From a virus (Duplodnaviria > Heunggongvirae > Uroviricota > Caudoviricetes), in the IMG/VR virus record IMGVR_UViG_3300000553_000006, positions 1 to 64,000 of that record: a stretch of DNA of 64,000 nucleotides; one strand, written 5' to 3'. The notes beneath the pieces were generated by a model. It was given only the letters and a program-made list of their open reading frames with translations, searched no databases and was not told the origin of the DNA. Shown here piece after piece: positions 36,972 to 46,211 of this stretch (position 1 is its first letter; each line of letters begins with the position of its first letter). Made by a program: the position numbers and the translations under genes.

Positions 36972-37439
36972 ATGATTATATATGATCCTATCGCAACCTT
37001 TCTTGGTGTAACACCATGTTACGTAGATTACGATAATCTACCAATAACTCCATCTAATCATACTCACAATCCTCTTTGGTTACGTCCGGGTGGATGGAAA
37101 CATGATGATGAAGCGAAGAAAAAGATGAGTAAAGCTAAGAAAGGTAAACCAGGACCAAAGAAATCTAAAGAAACAAAGCAAAAAATGGGTGAATCACATA
37201 GAGGTATACCAAGACCAGATGTTAGTCTTCTCCATAAAGGTAAAATCTTATCTGATGAGACAAAAGAAAAGATTAGAATAGCGAGAGCTAAACAAATTTC
37301 ACAACCACATAATGAAGAAACTAAGTTAAAAATATCTTTAGCAAAGACAGGCAAAAAGCGCAAACCTTTTACCGAAGAGCACAAAAGAAAGATGAGTGAG
37401 TCAGCTAGAATTCGCCGACTGAAGTCATCAAATTCTTAA
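36972..37439 (+). CDS. NUMOD3-repeat DNA-binding protein (homing-endonuclease-derived; no clear catalytic domain)
   Basis: Repeated KxKxSxAxxGK blocks; shares the conserved HE leader. Confidence 0.55.
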   Translation: MIIYDPIATFLGVTPCYVDYDNLPITPSNHTHNPLWLRPGGWKHDDEAKKKMSKAKKGKPGPKKSKETKQKMGESHRGIPRPDVSLLHKGKILSDETKEKIRIARAKQISQPHNEETKLKISLAKTGKKRKPFTEEHKRKMSESARIRRLKSSNS

Positions 37440-38250
37440 GTTTGTGTGTGATAAAATAGTTGAAGAGTTGAGATCTGTCTTTAGCGCCAGGTGGATTATT
37501 GTATTGTTCCAAGATTTCATCTACCAAATTCTGAGGGATCTCATTAAAGTCAATGAGAATTTTATTCCGGTTGTAGTTTCTTAGAGTTTGAGAGTCCATC
37601 GTTTCTTCAGGCTCACCACTCATATATGTAGCTAATCTCTTGGCTGTGATTGGAGTCTGACGGATCTTCTCTACAAAGCTTGAGTCCTTTGAAAGAATGT
37701 TCGGAATACCGTCGTCACCAGCCTTGATGATGTGTTCCTTGAGGTAAGCTTCAGGATTGACACACTTTAACCACTTCTTCAACACAGGATTATACTGTGA
37801 GACATTAGGATACTTCTGAAGTTGTTGGTAGTCCTTGTCTCCTGACAGAATCAAAATCTTGTCAGTGTAGCAGCATTCCTTGGTGATGACTGCGATAATG
37901 TCGTCAGCCTCAGCCTTGTCTACACGAATAACCTTGTAGGGAAAGTAGTCGCGAATCTCATCACGGATCTTGTTCATCATCGTGAAGAACTGATTCCAGT
38001 CCAGAGGCGACTCATCCCGGTCAGTCTTACGGCGAGCCTTGTAATAAGGAAACACATCCTTACGCCAGACGTTACCGCTATCACAGCAAATAACGATCTC
38101 TCCGAACTCTTCTCGGAACTTCAGCCGATTTGCTCGAATCATGTTCAAAATCATATGACGGAGTAGGTCTTCGTCAATATCAGCCTTCTTTCCCTTCAAT
38201 TGAGCCATGAGCGTTGCGATCATGATCTGGGAAAGGTCAATCAATACCAT
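37405..38250 (-). CDS. rnh: RNase H / 5'-3' flap exonuclease (T4 rnh-like)
   Basis: N-terminal LIDLSQIMIATLMAQL resembles T4 RNase H; 281 aa; acidic residues consistent with a FEN fold. Confidence 0.7.
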   Translation of the reverse strand: MVLIDLSQIMIATLMAQLKGKKADIDEDLLRHMILNMIRANRLKFREEFGEIVICCDSGNVWRKDVFPYYKARRKTDRDESPLDWNQFFTMMNKIRDEIRDYFPYKVIRVDKAEADDIIAVITKECCYTDKILILSGDKDYQQLQKYPNVSQYNPVLKKWLKCVNPEAYLKEHIIKAGDDGIPNILSKDSSFVEKIRQTPITAKRLATYMSGEPEETMDSQTLRNYNRNKILIDFNEIPQNLVDEILEQYNNPPGAKDRSQLFNYFITHKLKNLMTSVGEF

Positions 38251-38252
38251 GT

Positions 38253-38594
38253 TTAATCCTCGTTAGATTCCTCGACAATAGTGTCGTAGTATTCGTCAGG
38301 AACGCTGATAATCTTTTCAACGACCTTGTGTAGTGGATGTTCAATTCCAAGACTTCTGTAGATCAGAGAGTTAACAGATTGAACGAGAAGTAGACTGTCT
38401 TTGAAACAGTTCTTCCCACCCACGTTGAAGCCGAACATGTCTAAATTATTGAATAGATCCTCAGTGAGAGTCATCGCAGCAATTTCTGCAGTTTCTTCCC
38501 GTGACATTTTGACTTGTTCTTGTATTTCTTCCAGATTCGGTATCTGGGCTTTAGTGTTCTTAGATGGGAAGAGAACTACGTTATTTGCTGTCAT
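38253..38594 (-). CDS. hypothetical protein
   Basis: 113-aa ORF. Confidence 0.4.
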   Translation of the reverse strand: MTANNVVLFPSKNTKAQIPNLEEIQEQVKMSREETAEIAAMTLTEDLFNNLDMFGFNVGGKNCFKDSLLLVQSVNSLIYRSLGIEHPLHKVVEKIISVPDEYYDTIVEESNED

Positions 38595-39706
38595 TGAAGC
38601 ACCCTCAACAGAAGTGTATCTTGATTGATTCGTCCGTTGAGTTTCGTTTCTGCAGTTTTAACTTCCCCAAGGAGAGAGCGCAAACCAACTTTACCATACA
38701 AATTCACCTTTGGCAGCATGTCCTCAGGTTTACGCAACTTCTTGCCAACTGATGTAGCAGGATCATATCCAGTAATCGTTGTACCCTTTACACTAAATCC
38801 ATTGGGATCGCTCGCTTTGTAGCAACCCAACAATCTATATTTAGTATTATACACCCACAGTTGCTTGGCGCCGATCACCGTTACCGGATCAATTGACGCG
38901 AGCTTGCTTTCGGAGTCAGAGACACAGAACTTCATGTCCTTAACAAGCAGAGCAGCAGGCTTTTGCTTTACTGGACGCGGCTTACGGATCTTCTTCTCAG
39001 CCTTGACCACATTAGACACCTTACCAGCATCCTCAATGATCAGCATAATGAAGTCGAAGTAGGCTTGAAGATCCTTCTTCTTGAACTTCTTGTATCCTTC
39101 CTTGAGTTGAACATCCTTACCTTCAAGAGCGTCAGCAAGCTCAAGCAGGAGAGGTTCATAGCGAAGGATGATCGCGTTGGCTTGAACGTCCTTGACTTCG
39201 TTTGTCTTGAAATAGGTGTAAGGTTCGAAGTCGGTAACGAAATCCATCAGAATGAAGTGATCAATCTCGGCTTCAAGTTCGGCGATGATCTCGTCGGTCT
39301 TTTCCTTGACCTTATCAACGATTCGATACTCAAGCTTCTTCGGCTCTTCTTCAGGAACTCGATACAGATTCTCTTCGACTCGCTTCATGATCTTATCATG
39401 ATACTTGCCGATATCACAGCCGTTGTTGGCCATACGTGCGAGAGCACAGTAAGTCATACCGATGAATTGGGGCTTGATCTTCTTGACCCGATCGATATAC
39501 TTCTTACTGTGACCGTGACGTTCTAGATACGTGTAAAGCCAAGGCGCTGCGTTATCGACATGATACGCATATCCGTACCAAGTGAGCGCGACCGAAACAG
39601 CAGTTTCGCTTTTGACTGTCTTGAGCATGGGTTCGCCGCCGATAAACTTCTTCTCGGCTGCGATATTCTTTGTCTTAGGCTTCTTTGCCATGTTTCCCTC
39701 AATCAA
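38591..39706 (-). CDS. hypothetical 371-aa protein
   Basis: Large ORF, no motif recognised; TTGCCATTAAT promoter at about 39732. Confidence 0.45.
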   Translation of the reverse strand: MIEGNMAKKPKTKNIAAEKKFIGGEPMLKTVKSETAVSVALTWYGYAYHVDNAAPWLYTYLERHGHSKKYIDRVKKIKPQFIGMTYCALARMANNGCDIGKYHDKIMKRVEENLYRVPEEEPKKLEYRIVDKVKEKTDEIIAELEAEIDHFILMDFVTDFEPYTYFKTNEVKDVQANAIILRYEPLLLELADALEGKDVQLKEGYKKFKKKDLQAYFDFIMLIIEDAGKVSNVVKAEKKIRKPRPVKQKPAALLVKDMKFCVSDSESKLASIDPVTVIGAKQLWVYNTKYRLLGCYKASDPNGFSVKGTTITGYDPATSVGKKLRKPEDMLPKVNLYGKVGLRSLLGEVKTAETKLNGRINQDTLLLRVLQ

Positions 39707-39734
39707 CTATGAACCATTATACCCTGAAGGCGCA

Positions 39735-40334
39735 TTAATGGCAAGCGTGTTTTTCCGCTAGATATTGTGACACGAGATGCATAATCGCTTGATGCATGTC
39801 CTCAACAATACCATAGTTGTGAGCGTCAACGTGAATTGAAATATCAGCCATCATTTTGGCGACACCACCGTTGAATCCAGTTAAAGCTACTGATTTGATT
39901 CCAATTTCTTCAGCACACTCTAATGCTCGGAGAATGTTAGCCGAATTTCCGCTGGAACTAATAACGATAAGAAGGTCTTCAGCGCTGTATGACAGTTTTC
40001 GTAGATAATACGCGATAGATTGATTATAACCGATATCGTTGCTAATCGCAGTCAGCATAGAAACATTGGAAACCAGCGAGATTACTCGTGGTTTTAGATC
40101 GCTCTCGTGGCCGACACCCTTACACACATCACAAACAAGATGGTCAGCGATAGCTGCTGAGCCACCATTACCAGCGACAAAGATGTTTCCGCCTGATTTA
40201 GTTGTATTCTCGATAGCATCTGCAAACGCTTGAATCTTATCCATTTGACTGTCTAGATCTTTAAGTGAAGCGATCAGTCCATACTTGTAGCTAGAGAACT
40301 TCGTAAAAATGTCCATTTTGTTCCTCTGAATCAT
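39735..40334 (-). CDS. gmhA: SIS-domain sedoheptulose-7-phosphate isomerase (GmhA-like)
   Basis: FVAGNGGSAAIADHLVCD matches the GmhA GNGGSAADAQH motif; 199 aa. Confidence 0.7.
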   Translation of the reverse strand: MIQRNKMDIFTKFSSYKYGLIASLKDLDSQMDKIQAFADAIENTTKSGGNIFVAGNGGSAAIADHLVCDVCKGVGHESDLKPRVISLVSNVSMLTAISNDIGYNQSIAYYLRKLSYSAEDLLIVISSSGNSANILRALECAEEIGIKSVALTGFNGGVAKMMADISIHVDAHNYGIVEDMHQAIMHLVSQYLAEKHACH

Positions 40335-41355
40335 ATACTACATCAGCGCCAGGAGCATTGATTCTAAACTCGAATTGCTCAAGCCCGACCGCTTGTCTTA
40401 CTTCTTCTTGTCGCTCGATGGGAACGTAGAATAGGAAAAATCCTCCACCACCTGCACCCAGTAGTTTGCCTCCAAGAGCGCCAGCTTGTATGGCCGAAGC
40501 ATAAGTTCGATCAAAACTCTCATTGCTGATACCTCCAGCTAATTGTTTCTTCAACGACCAGGTCTCATCTAACAGAGACCCAAAGGCGTCATACTCAAAG
40601 TTAATTAGATGATCGGCTGCTCTATATGTGAGTTCAACCATTTCATCAACCAACTTTACCTTTGATTTATCTTTGTTCATTGCAGCTGATTGTTTGGCCA
40701 GAATTGTATCTGCTGACCGAGTTTGGTCCGTGTAGAACATCATCAGATTGTCCGAAAGAACAGTTAGATCGTGCTCAATCGGTGTTCTTGAGAATCCATC
40801 TTTTCTGAATTGAAAGAGATTCGTTCCACCATATGCAGCTGCGAATTGATCTTGATATCCAATTGGCTTCTCACAACGCGAAATCTCAATTTCACATGCT
40901 TTAGATGCCAGAATTCCTCTGTTGAGCTGTTCACCTTCAAACATGTAGTTTAGTCCGTTCAGCAGAGCCACAGCGAACGTAGACGATGATCCAAGACCTG
41001 TTCCGCTCGTTGGCATGTCAGCAAAGGAACCAATCTCGATACCATACTTTACACCATACGCATCAAGCGAATGGCGGACGATATCGTGCTTGAGTAGAGA
41101 TGCGTCGTTGACGATCTCGATCTCTGAATACATAAGTTTGACATGGTGCTTTGGTGTATCGATTAAAGCCAGATACATGTATTTGTCAATAGCAGTGGAA
41201 AGAACCACACCACCTTGCTTTGACTTTAGGAAGTATGAAGGAAGATCGCTACCTCCTCCGAAGAAACTTACCCGTAGAGGTGCTCTTGATAACAGAATCG
41301 TCAAATCTCCTATAACGAAACATAACAAAATGGGTGGAGCCGAAACTCCACCCAT
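40291..41355 (-). CDS. hddA: GHMP kinase, D-glycero-D-manno-heptose-7-phosphate kinase (HddA-like)
   Basis: N-terminal RAPLRVSFFGGGSDLP (HddA/WcbL signature) and GHMP motif MPTSGTGLGSSSTFAVALL. Confidence 0.7.
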   Translation of the reverse strand: MGGVSAPPILLCFVIGDLTILLSRAPLRVSFFGGGSDLPSYFLKSKQGGVVLSTAIDKYMYLALIDTPKHHVKLMYSEIEIVNDASLLKHDIVRHSLDAYGVKYGIEIGSFADMPTSGTGLGSSSTFAVALLNGLNYMFEGEQLNRGILASKACEIEISRCEKPIGYQDQFAAAYGGTNLFQFRKDGFSRTPIEHDLTVLSDNLMMFYTDQTRSADTILAKQSAAMNKDKSKVKLVDEMVELTYRAADHLINFEYDAFGSLLDETWSLKKQLAGGISNESFDRTYASAIQAGALGGKLLGAGGGGFFLFYVPIERQEEVRQAVGLEQFEFRINAPGADVVYDSEEQNGHFYEVL

Positions 41356-41362
41356 CAGTTAA

Positions 41363-41794
41363 TTAGGTAACTGGACCGAATACAATTTCACCAGTTGCTG
41401 CAGCTGCTGCACCGACAGTAATAGTACCTGTGGCAGTAATTGGGGCTTCACCAACAGTTTCAGTTGCTTGAGCAACGACTGTAACAGTGACTGACCCAAC
41501 TCCGGCTGGAGCGAATGATGCTGATAGACCATCTGGAGCAACAGTTGGAGTTACAACACCGTCAGCTGATAGTGTCCAAACTGGAGCACCAAATACTGAG
41601 GCTTGATTACCCTTTTTGTCCTTGAAGGCTAGTGTGGCGCTTACGCCATTGTCGTCTAGTTTAAGTACTGCTTCTGACATGTTCTTTCCTTTATAGTTAG
41701 AGAATACAATTTCCATGTCATCGTAGACAGGGAATCTTTCATGTGCAATCCAACCAAGAAACAGGAACAGTAGAATAAGGTCAAAGATTAGCAT
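41363..41794 (-). CDS. membrane-anchored Ig-like domain protein
   Basis: N-terminal TM helix, then a Thr/Val/Ala-rich beta-strand pattern typical of bacterial Ig-like folds. Confidence 0.45.
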   Translation of the reverse strand: MLIFDLILLFLFLGWIAHERFPVYDDMEIVFSNYKGKNMSEAVLKLDDNGVSATLAFKDKKGNQASVFGAPVWTLSADGVVTPTVAPDGLSASFAPAGVGSVTVTVVAQATETVGEAPITATGTITVGAAAAATGEIVFGPVT

Positions 41795-41822
41795 AACAGA
41801 TCCTCCTGGTTGTCAACATTAT

Positions 41823-42836
41823 TTAGGCAGTCCGGAAACTGAATGTTGGCTTTGGGAAGGAAAGATCAGCATCTTTATATTGCTCATAGAGACCAAAGAT
41901 CAATTGTTCCCAACGAGGACCAATGTTATCCCATGAGAAACGAGCGTCAGCATAGTTCGAAATAAACTTCAGATGGTTCTGAATGTTCTCTTGTTGAACA
42001 ATACCAACCGCTTGACTCAGAGCTTGATAGAAGATGTTGGCGTGTTGATTAATGTCTTGTACGTAATCATACTGGAAAGTCATACCTCCAGCTGTATCTG
42101 GCAGAGCACCAAAGTTTGGGTGAACACACAGAACGCCAGCCATCATCGCCTCAATCAGAGTACGACAGGAAGTTTCTGGCCAGATGTTAGGATAAGCCAA
42201 AATGTGTGCTTTAGACACTGCTTCGCGAACAACCTCTTGTTCTTGAAACCCATGATAGTTGATTTGTGTGTGCTGTCTACAACGCTCATAGAGCTCTTCA
42301 AATTCAGCATCACGTTGGTCCCAACCATAGATCTTGAATGAAGAGAACACATCAAGAATTACATTTGGATTGTTCTTAGCAAGTTCTTCAAAAACTGGAA
42401 CCAGAATTTGTAGACCACGATGCGGAGTTGAGAAATAGATCAGACGAACAGTTCCTGTCCTATCCTTTTCTGTATTCAGAGAACGAAAAGAATCAACGCC
42501 TGTTTCAATAACAGTCGACTGAGAATCAAACGGAACACCGAGATAGTCTCGGAATTGTTGATACTGCCAATTGCTTGAAAAGACCAACTTATGAAAGCGA
42601 TTACGTTTGTTGGGATCCTTCAAATGCTGTGATTCTGGATCGTTGGCCAGATCATGCAGGTGAAGAACTCGAATCCTATTCTCATCAAGTTCACGCACAC
42701 GTGAGGTGATAATCTGAAACTTGTCCAGCTTATCCGATACGTTTGCGGAGTTTTCTAGGATTCGTTGTAGAGCGGTAGTAGTAAGTTCCGTACCACCCTT
42801 ACTGTTTTGGTTTAATTCATTACGCGAAAATGTCAT
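41823..42836 (-). CDS. GT-B glycosyltransferase (group 1-like)
   Basis: C-terminal ETSCRTLIEAMMAGVLCV resembles the GT1/GT4 E-x7-E donor-binding block. Confidence 0.55.
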   Translation of the reverse strand: MTFSRNELNQNSKGGTELTTTALQRILENSANVSDKLDKFQIITSRVRELDENRIRVLHLHDLANDPESQHLKDPNKRNRFHKLVFSSNWQYQQFRDYLGVPFDSQSTVIETGVDSFRSLNTEKDRTGTVRLIYFSTPHRGLQILVPVFEELAKNNPNVILDVFSSFKIYGWDQRDAEFEELYERCRQHTQINYHGFQEQEVVREAVSKAHILAYPNIWPETSCRTLIEAMMAGVLCVHPNFGALPDTAGGMTFQYDYVQDINQHANIFYQALSQAVGIVQQENIQNHLKFISNYADARFSWDNIGPRWEQLIFGLYEQYKDADLSFPKPTFSFRTA

Positions 42837-43162
42837 TCATCATCCTCTGGTTCATCAAATTCTATTGAATCAATATACTTGTCATGTATATCTAGGCATG
42901 TTGCAATGAAGATCATAGGACTGATTCTTGATGCCCAGAACATCAACTGTCTGGCGAGTATCGCTTTCCAATACTCAAGTCCTTTTAACTCTTGCTTCAT
43001 TTTATCTACCTATAACTTCGCGAATAAAGGACTTCACAATTTCTTTAATTAGAAGAATCGGCCACCAAAGACCAACAAGTGGATGATGTCCTTCAAATTC
43101 CACATTAATAATCAATGATGTGATGGATGCAATAAGCAAATATGCTATGAAGATGTGCACCA

Positions 43163-43459
43163 TTAGCTTAGATTTACGTCAAATCCAAGAACACTGTCCT
43201 TGCGGAAAGAGCGCCAGTTTTCCTTTTCTAGGTCCCAAACAACAAGAATGTCATCATTTGGCTTACGTCCTGATTCAGTCAGTTGATCAGCACGACCCAG
43301 ATCGCGTAGAATTTCAGCAATTAGAGTGTTGTCTTGAGTACAACACATGTTACGAACGCTTCCGTCAGCCTTCGTAAACTTTACCCAAACAGGACCCATA
43401 CCAAGGTAATGCTTGAGAGTATCGATACCGTTATTCGTTGAGGAGTTGTCTTGGACCAT
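43163..43459 (-). CDS. hypothetical protein
   Basis: 98-aa ORF. Confidence 0.4.
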   Translation of the reverse strand: MVQDNSSTNNGIDTLKHYLGMGPVWVKFTKADGSVRNMCCTQDNTLIAEILRDLGRADQLTESGRKPNDDILVVWDLEKENWRSFRKDSVLGFDVNLS

Positions 43460-43685
43460 TGTCTAGGAACCTTTCACGGAGTTGGGCGAAGCCGCCGACA
43501 TATTCGTTATCTAGAAAGATCTGAGGAACAGACCTAGCGTGGGGAAGAACCTCAAACAGAAGATTACGATTGTTATCTTCTTCGATATTGACTTCTTCGT
43601 AAGAAATACCCCTGCTATCTAGCAATTGCTTAGCAGAGATACAGAACGGACAAGCGTTCTTCGTGTAGATTAATGCTCTACTCAT
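43431..43685 (-). CDS. glutaredoxin (NrdH/T4 NrdC-like)
   Basis: CPFC active site, 84 aa. Confidence 0.75.
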   Translation of the reverse strand: MSRALIYTKNACPFCISAKQLLDSRGISYEEVNIEEDNNRNLLFEVLPHARSVPQIFLDNEYVGGFAQLRERFLDNGPRQLLNE

Positions 43686-43920
43686 ATTGTACCTCTAATT
43701 CGTGACCGAGTTTTTCAAAGATCAACCGGAATACCTCATCTTGACTATAGGAAGTACCTCCGAAACAATGTGCCGAAGGTGCAAGATCGATGATTTCAAC
43801 TCCATCGAAATAAATTTTAGCACCTTCAGCACTGCTTCCTCCGCAAGTATCACAGTCAAAATAATCTGACAACCAATCAATCTTAACCTTCATTATATAG
43901 TCACCCTGTATTAAAGTCAA
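43678..43920 (-). CDS. hypothetical protein
   Basis: 80-aa ORF. Confidence 0.4.
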   Translation of the reverse strand: MTLIQGDYIMKVKIDWLSDYFDCDTCGGSSAEGAKIYFDGVEIIDLAPSAHCFGGTSYSQDEVFRLIFEKLGHELEVQYE

Positions 43921-44046
43921 GTTTAGATGAATGCAGCAACTACTGCTGAAAACATGATTAATCCCAATAACGCAAACGCAGTGGGAACGGCGTACTTAAG
44001 TACGGTTTCTGTTGACATGGCAATGTTCCTTATTTTACAGCAAAAT

Positions 44047-44069
44047 GGCTGGGTCCGAACGACCCAGCC
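44047..44069 (-). terminator. stem-loop GGCTGGGTC-CGAAC-GACCCAGCC with flanking T-runs (possibly bidirectional)
   Basis: Perfect 9-bp GC-rich stem between tRNA-Trp and the downstream gene. Confidence 0.45.
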
Positions 44070-44142
44070 TCATTTGTATTTAGTCCAGCCGAACGTTGCG
44101 GCGCAAAATAAAATCTATTGCTGTTTATAGATTTAGAATGTT

Positions 44143-44216
44143 TGGCATGGGTACTAAGAGTCGAACTCAGGCTTACAGTTTTGGAGACTGTCGTGCTACC
44201 GTAACACTTTACCCAC
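44143..44216 (-). tRNA. tRNA-Trp (CCA)
   Basis: Anticodon arm ACAGT-CTCCAAA-ACTGT, T-loop GAGTTCGACTC, encoded CCA. Confidence 0.7.
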
Positions 44217-44526
44217 ACATGTATTTCTTATTTTTACCAGCGTATGTCTCAGTTTGAGAATGGCAGTTAGGACAAAGAAAGGTTAAATTATCTAATCTAT
44301 TGTCGTTATTTACACCATTCTTGTGTTCTAACTGAAGAGAAATAGATTTCCCATTCCACTCATCAGAAAGTCCGCAATCTGAACAAACATAATCTATCAG
44401 TTTTTGCTTAATTACTCTTTCTTTTAACCTATGTCTAGGATAATTTGAATTTTCAACAAAAACAGTATCATTAGAAAATTTTCTACTAGCTGCAGATAAT
44501 AGCAACCCTTGTATATTTCTTGGCAT
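44209..44526 (-). CDS. HNH endonuclease
   Basis: CSDCGLSDEW...HKNGVNNDNRLDNLTFLCPNCH; minus-sense TATAAATA late box at about 44550. Confidence 0.7.
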   Translation of the reverse strand: MPRNIQGLLLSAASRKFSNDTVFVENSNYPRHRLKERVIKQKLIDYVCSDCGLSDEWNGKSISLQLEHKNGVNNDNRLDNLTFLCPNCHSQTETYAGKNKKYMCG

Positions 44527-44583
44527 AAGCTATCTCCTCTTTAGAGATATTTATATACCGTCGGTTCTAAGAACCGAAGAAAA

Positions 44584-44658
44584 TGGTGGAGGATAAGGGA
44601 ATCGAACCCTTGCTTCATGCTTGCAAAGCACGAGTGCTACCATTATCACCAATCCCCC
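44584..44658 (-). tRNA. tRNA-Ala (UGC)
   Basis: Anticodon arm CGTGC-TTTGCAA-GCATG; G3.U70 identity pair present; CCA. Confidence 0.7.
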
Positions 44659-44664
44659 ATTATA

Positions 44665-44740
44665 TGGTGCCGCAACGAGGAATCGAACCCCGGACATCCT
44701 GCTTACAAGGCAGGCGCTCTTCCAACTGAGCTATTACGGC
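44665..44740 (-). tRNA. tRNA-Thr (UGU)
   Basis: Anticodon arm CCTGC-CTTGTAA-GCAGG; D-arm GCTCAGTTGGAAGAGC; CCA. Confidence 0.75.
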
Positions 44741-44787
44741 ATAATTACTCTTTATTTATAAATATCTAAGCAGCTAAGGAGAAGAAT

Positions 44788-45147
44788 ATGATTGAACATA
44801 TCGAAAAAATCAACACAAAGATCGCACTTACGGTAACAGATGTCGTAGGTACAATGTGGTGCGCGTATATTTTCGCAGTTCTAGCAGTACTCAGTCTTCC
44901 TACAGCTATTGCTGGTGGTATCGCAACTCTAATTTCTTGGGTCGCTCAAACTTTCCTTCAACTCGTACTTCTATCAGTCATCATGGTTGGACAACGTATT
45001 CAAAGCGAGAGAACTGAGAAGCGAGACGAAGAAGATCACGTAACCATCATGAACGAATTCGCAGAAATTAAACAAATGCATAACGAAATAAAAGAAATCT
45101 TGGCTCTTGAAAAGCAAGATGCTGCTCAAGAGAAGCGTGGAGTCTAG
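44788..45147 (+). CDS. membrane protein
   Basis: 119 aa, two TM helices; TATAAATA late box at 44757..44764 and an AAGGAGA RBS. Confidence 0.55.
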   Translation: MIEHIEKINTKIALTVTDVVGTMWCAYIFAVLAVLSLPTAIAGGIATLISWVAQTFLQLVLLSVIMVGQRIQSERTEKRDEEDHVTIMNEFAEIKQMHNEIKEILALEKQDAAQEKRGV

Positions 45148-45154
45148 AGAGTAT

Positions 45155-45230
45155 TGGAGTGCACGACAGGATTCGAACCTGCATTAAACTGAGTTGCAAT
45201 CAGTTGACTAACCATTCATACCACGTGCAC
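45155..45230 (-). tRNA. tRNA-Cys (GCA)
   Basis: Anticodon arm ACTGA-TTGCAAC-TCAGT; acceptor GTGCACG/CGTGCAC; CCA. Confidence 0.7.
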
Positions 45231-45810
45231 GTAATTTTCTATATCTTAATCCTTTACTCCATCCCGTCATATTTAGGAATTCTTCTTCAGTTACCATTTT
45301 AGATTTCTGCAAATCATCATTAGAAACCCAAAATTTACCTTTACTGTGATGATGTTCTAACAGTTTTTTAGAAAGTGCTGGACCATTTTTCCTATTAATT
45401 TCAGTCATCTTTTCACAAAACTTGTCACGATATGACTGATCAATTTTGATTCTATTCCCGTGAATTAAATGTTGATCAACTTTATGATTTAATCCAAATT
45501 TATTCACATAATAGAAATTTGCAGGTCCACCCAATTTTACATTATACACATCATTTCTATCTAAAAATTCTTCCGTTACTAATTCTATTTCTCTATCATA
45601 CATATTTTCTTCAGTATCAAACCACTCTATAATTTCTTTAGAAAAATTCTCAATTCCATACTTTTTTATAGCAGATTTAATACCTTTTCCAGATCCCATA
45701 TATCCATCATCTATATTAGAAGTTTTATGGACCCCAACATATATTTTGCCGTTCAGTCTATTTCTAATTTGATATAGATAGTAATACATAAGAATCTCCA
45801 TTCTCTTCAT
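45208..45810 (-). CDS. GIY-YIG homing endonuclease
   Basis: YYYLYQIRNRLNGKIYVGVHKT...DGYMGSG; its stop overlaps the 5' end of tRNA-Cys; late box at about 45822. Confidence 0.75.
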   Translation of the reverse strand: MKRMEILMYYYLYQIRNRLNGKIYVGVHKTSNIDDGYMGSGKGIKSAIKKYGIENFSKEIIEWFDTEENMYDREIELVTEEFLDRNDVYNVKLGGPANFYYVNKFGLNHKVDQHLIHGNRIKIDQSYRDKFCEKMTEINRKNGPALSKKLLEHHHSKGKFWVSNDDLQKSKMVTEEEFLNMTGWSKGLRYRKLRARGMNG

Positions 45811-45848
45811 TACTATTTATATAAACGCAGACCGTTACCTAGAAGATA

Positions 45849-45923
45849 TGGCACCCACATCCAGAATCGAACTGGAATCGACCGTTTAGAAGACGGTAGC
45901 TCTGTCCGTTGAGCTATGCGGGC
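45849..45923 (-). tRNA. tRNA-Arg (UCU)
   Basis: Anticodon arm ACCGT-CTTCTAA-ACGGT; CCA. Confidence 0.7.
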
Positions 45924-45929
45924 TCAAAA

Positions 45930-46004
45930 TGGTACTGGAGCCCAGAATTGAACTGGAGACTCAGGGGACACAATCCTGCATTTTACCAATTAAACTACTC
46001 CAGC
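45930..46004 (-). tRNA. tRNA-His (GUG), probable
   Basis: Anticodon loop TTGTGTC in a CAGGA/CCCTG stem with one mismatch; CCA. Confidence 0.55.
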
Positions 46005-46202
46005 TCACTCTTGATCAATAACCAGATAGCAAAATCTATGAACAATATCGAAAGACTCGATTACCTTAATCGCGCGCTCATCGTTTGCTTTTGCTTTCAC
46101 ATGTAGATCAAGAATATAATCTCGTAGACGAAAAAAATTGTAAGCATCTTGGAGAAGATCACCAAGATCCAGAACTTGTTCAACAGTCACATTCTGTTTC
46201 AT
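46005..46202 (-). CDS. hypothetical protein
   Basis: 65-aa ORF. Confidence 0.35.
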   Translation of the reverse strand: MKQNVTVEQVLDLGDLLQDAYNFFRLRDYILDLHVKAKANDERAIKVIESFDIVHRFCYLVIDQE

Positions 46203-46211
46203 AATATATCC

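Noticed and set aside
38963-39526. 187-aa plus-strand ORF rich in Leu
   Set aside because: Antisense to the 371-aa minus ORF; a typical Leu-rich shadow of Glu/Lys codons.
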